DNA of 64,000 nucleotides from NCBI GenBank assembly GCA_019057865.1, contig JAHLWP010000020.1, positions 1 to 64,000 of the forward strand, written 5' to 3'. Under the pieces are notes generated by a model, which was not told where the DNA came from, made no database searches, and saw only the letters and a list, made by a program, of their open reading frames with translations. Position numbers and translations under genes: made by a program. This DNA comes from Promethearchaeota archaeon (GTDB lineage Archaea; Asgardarchaeota; Lokiarchaeia; Sigyniarchaeales; SOKP01). This document shows, in pieces, positions 62,536 to 64,000 of the stretch (its first letter is position 1; each line of letters starts with the position of its first letter).

Positions 62536-63465
62536 ATGAAATACGTATATGGTCCAGTTCCTAGTAGAAGATTAGGAAGATCATTAGGAATTGATCCTCT
62601 CCCTTTAAAGACTTGTAATTATCAATGTATCTATTGTCAATTAGGAAAAACAACTAATTTTACCAACGAACGGAGAAACTATTATCCAAAAGATGAGATT
62701 ATTGTTGAAATAGAAGAAGCTATTAAACAAAACAAAAATAATTTTGACTATATAACATTTGTAGGAAGTGGAGAACCCACTTTGTATAAAGATTTAGAAG
62801 AATTAATTCTAAAAACAAAAACATTTTCAAATAAACCGATCTGCGTAATAACAAATGGGGCTTTATTGCACAATGAAGAAGTTATAAAAGCTTTATTACA
62901 TAGTGATATTGTTTTACCTAGTTTAGATGCAGGGGATGAAAGATCTTTTATAAAAATAAACAGACCTCATCCAGATATAAACTTCGAGTCTGTAATACAA
63001 GGTTTCATAGATTTTAGAAGCCTATTTAAGGGGAAGTTCTGGATTGAAATTATGATAATGAAAGCAATCAACGATTATAAAAAAGAACTCTTAAAAATTA
63101 AGGAAAAAATAGATTTAATTAAACCTGATAAAATAGATATTAACATTCCAATTAGACCTCCTCTTGAAAATTGGGTTAAAATACCAGATAAAAGCATTTT
63201 TGCATTATTAGATGAAATTTTTGATTCCTATTCTGATATAAGTTTTCCTGAAATAGGAAGTTTTTATCTCTATTCTCAAGATTTTGAAAAAGAATTGCTA
63301 AATATTATAAAAAGGCACCCTATGAGACAAAATCAAATTATTAATACATTTTCTTCTAATAATTTTAAAAAGGAGGATATAATTTATCGATTAAAAAAAC
63401 TTGAATTAAAAAATAAAATTAAAAAGTCAACATATAACAAACAGATTTACTGGTCATTATATTAA
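62536..63465 (+). CDS. Radical SAM protein (YGPVPSRRLGRSLG family)
   Basis: CNYQCIYC, GSGEPT, TNG and SLDA motifs. Confidence 0.88.
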   Translation: MKYVYGPVPSRRLGRSLGIDPLPLKTCNYQCIYCQLGKTTNFTNERRNYYPKDEIIVEIEEAIKQNKNNFDYITFVGSGEPTLYKDLEELILKTKTFSNKPICVITNGALLHNEEVIKALLHSDIVLPSLDAGDERSFIKINRPHPDINFESVIQGFIDFRSLFKGKFWIEIMIMKAINDYKKELLKIKEKIDLIKPDKIDINIPIRPPLENWVKIPDKSIFALLDEIFDSYSDISFPEIGSFYLYSQDFEKELLNIIKRHPMRQNQIINTFSSNNFKKEDIIYRLKKLELKNKIKKSTYNKQIYWSLY

Positions 63466-63702
63466 AAATAAATTTCAAATTCTAAGATTAACATTATATT
63501 ATCAATATACCTTCTTTAAAATACATTAAAGGTCAATTTTGAAGAAAAATGATGCTAGAACCTTTGCAAGGTTTGTCATCTTGCGACTAAAATTTTCTCG
63601 CAAAATTCATCCATTTTAGCTAAATTGAATATTTACTTATTAATATAACATAATATAAAGTATTGACATATTGAAAATCAGAGATATTATATTGAAACAA
63701 AG

Positions 63703-63894
63703 TCAAGATCCTCCGTTTCCATCATCTGCAGACTTATTTAGATAAAATGAGATTAAAATAATTGTCGCAATCGTTGTTATCAAGGCGATAGCACTAATTA
63801 TGATTACAATTTTTCTTAATTTACCTTTTCTTAAATCATTAGGTTCTAGTATTTCTGAACTCATTTTTATCAACTTATATTTTATCTCTTTCAA
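63703..63894 (-). CDS. Small single-TM protein or gene fragment
   Basis: 63 aa with one hydrophobic helix. Confidence 0.4.
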   Translation of the reverse strand: MKEIKYKLIKMSSEILEPNDLRKGKLRKIVIIISAIALITTIATIILISFYLNKSADDGNGGS

Positions 63895-64000
63895 TACTAT
63901 AAAAAATTTACTTTTTGTTATTTGAATAGATATTCAATTAAAATTTTTCAAGGAAATACACATTATTATAAAGGATAGTTGAATATTTAGTAAAAAATCC

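Noticed and set aside
63549-63604. Two small hairpins (AACCTT/AAGGTT, TTGCGA/TCGCAA) between convergent genes
   Set aside because: Too short to assign; they could be terminator-like or chance.

Overview
AT-rich (roughly 28-30% GC, estimated by eye) archaeal DNA, most consistent with an Asgard archaeon of the Lokiarchaeia type. Clues are the HdrA/MvhD/FrhB and Fwd gene sets, UGA-containing HdrA and MvhD with a eukaryote-like 3' SECIS, longin/uDENN-like proteins and NosD-repeat surface proteins. The main blocks are: (1) an electron-bifurcation cluster at 8.3-18.3 kb, whose first two genes are selenoproteins (HdrA with 3 in-frame UGA, MvhD with 2) missed or split by the ORF track; (2) tyrosine phenol-lyase and an HMG-CoA-synthase-like/thiolase pair; (3) a heavily invaded MoxR AAA+/vWA locus at 28-38 kb; (4) a cassette bounded by exact 25-bp direct repeats, with a C25 peptidase and an unexplained GC-rich structured RNA-like element; (5) MNT-HEPN, acyl-CoA ligase, a divergent fwdGBDA set and a NifX/MinD-4Fe4S/Mrp/IscU cluster with a repeated TGAAT-N4-ATTCA palindrome. 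The MoxR/vWA locus holds a RiPP-like rSAM/SPASM island bounded by a duplicated moxR 5' end and a free-standing LAGLIDADG endonuclease bounded by a duplicated moxR 3' end. The most notable feature is a 29-nt insertion in the vWA gene that folds into a bulge-helix-bulge motif; canonical cleavage of it restores the reading frame, making it a candidate mRNA intron. All calls come from reading motifs by eye; no searches were run.
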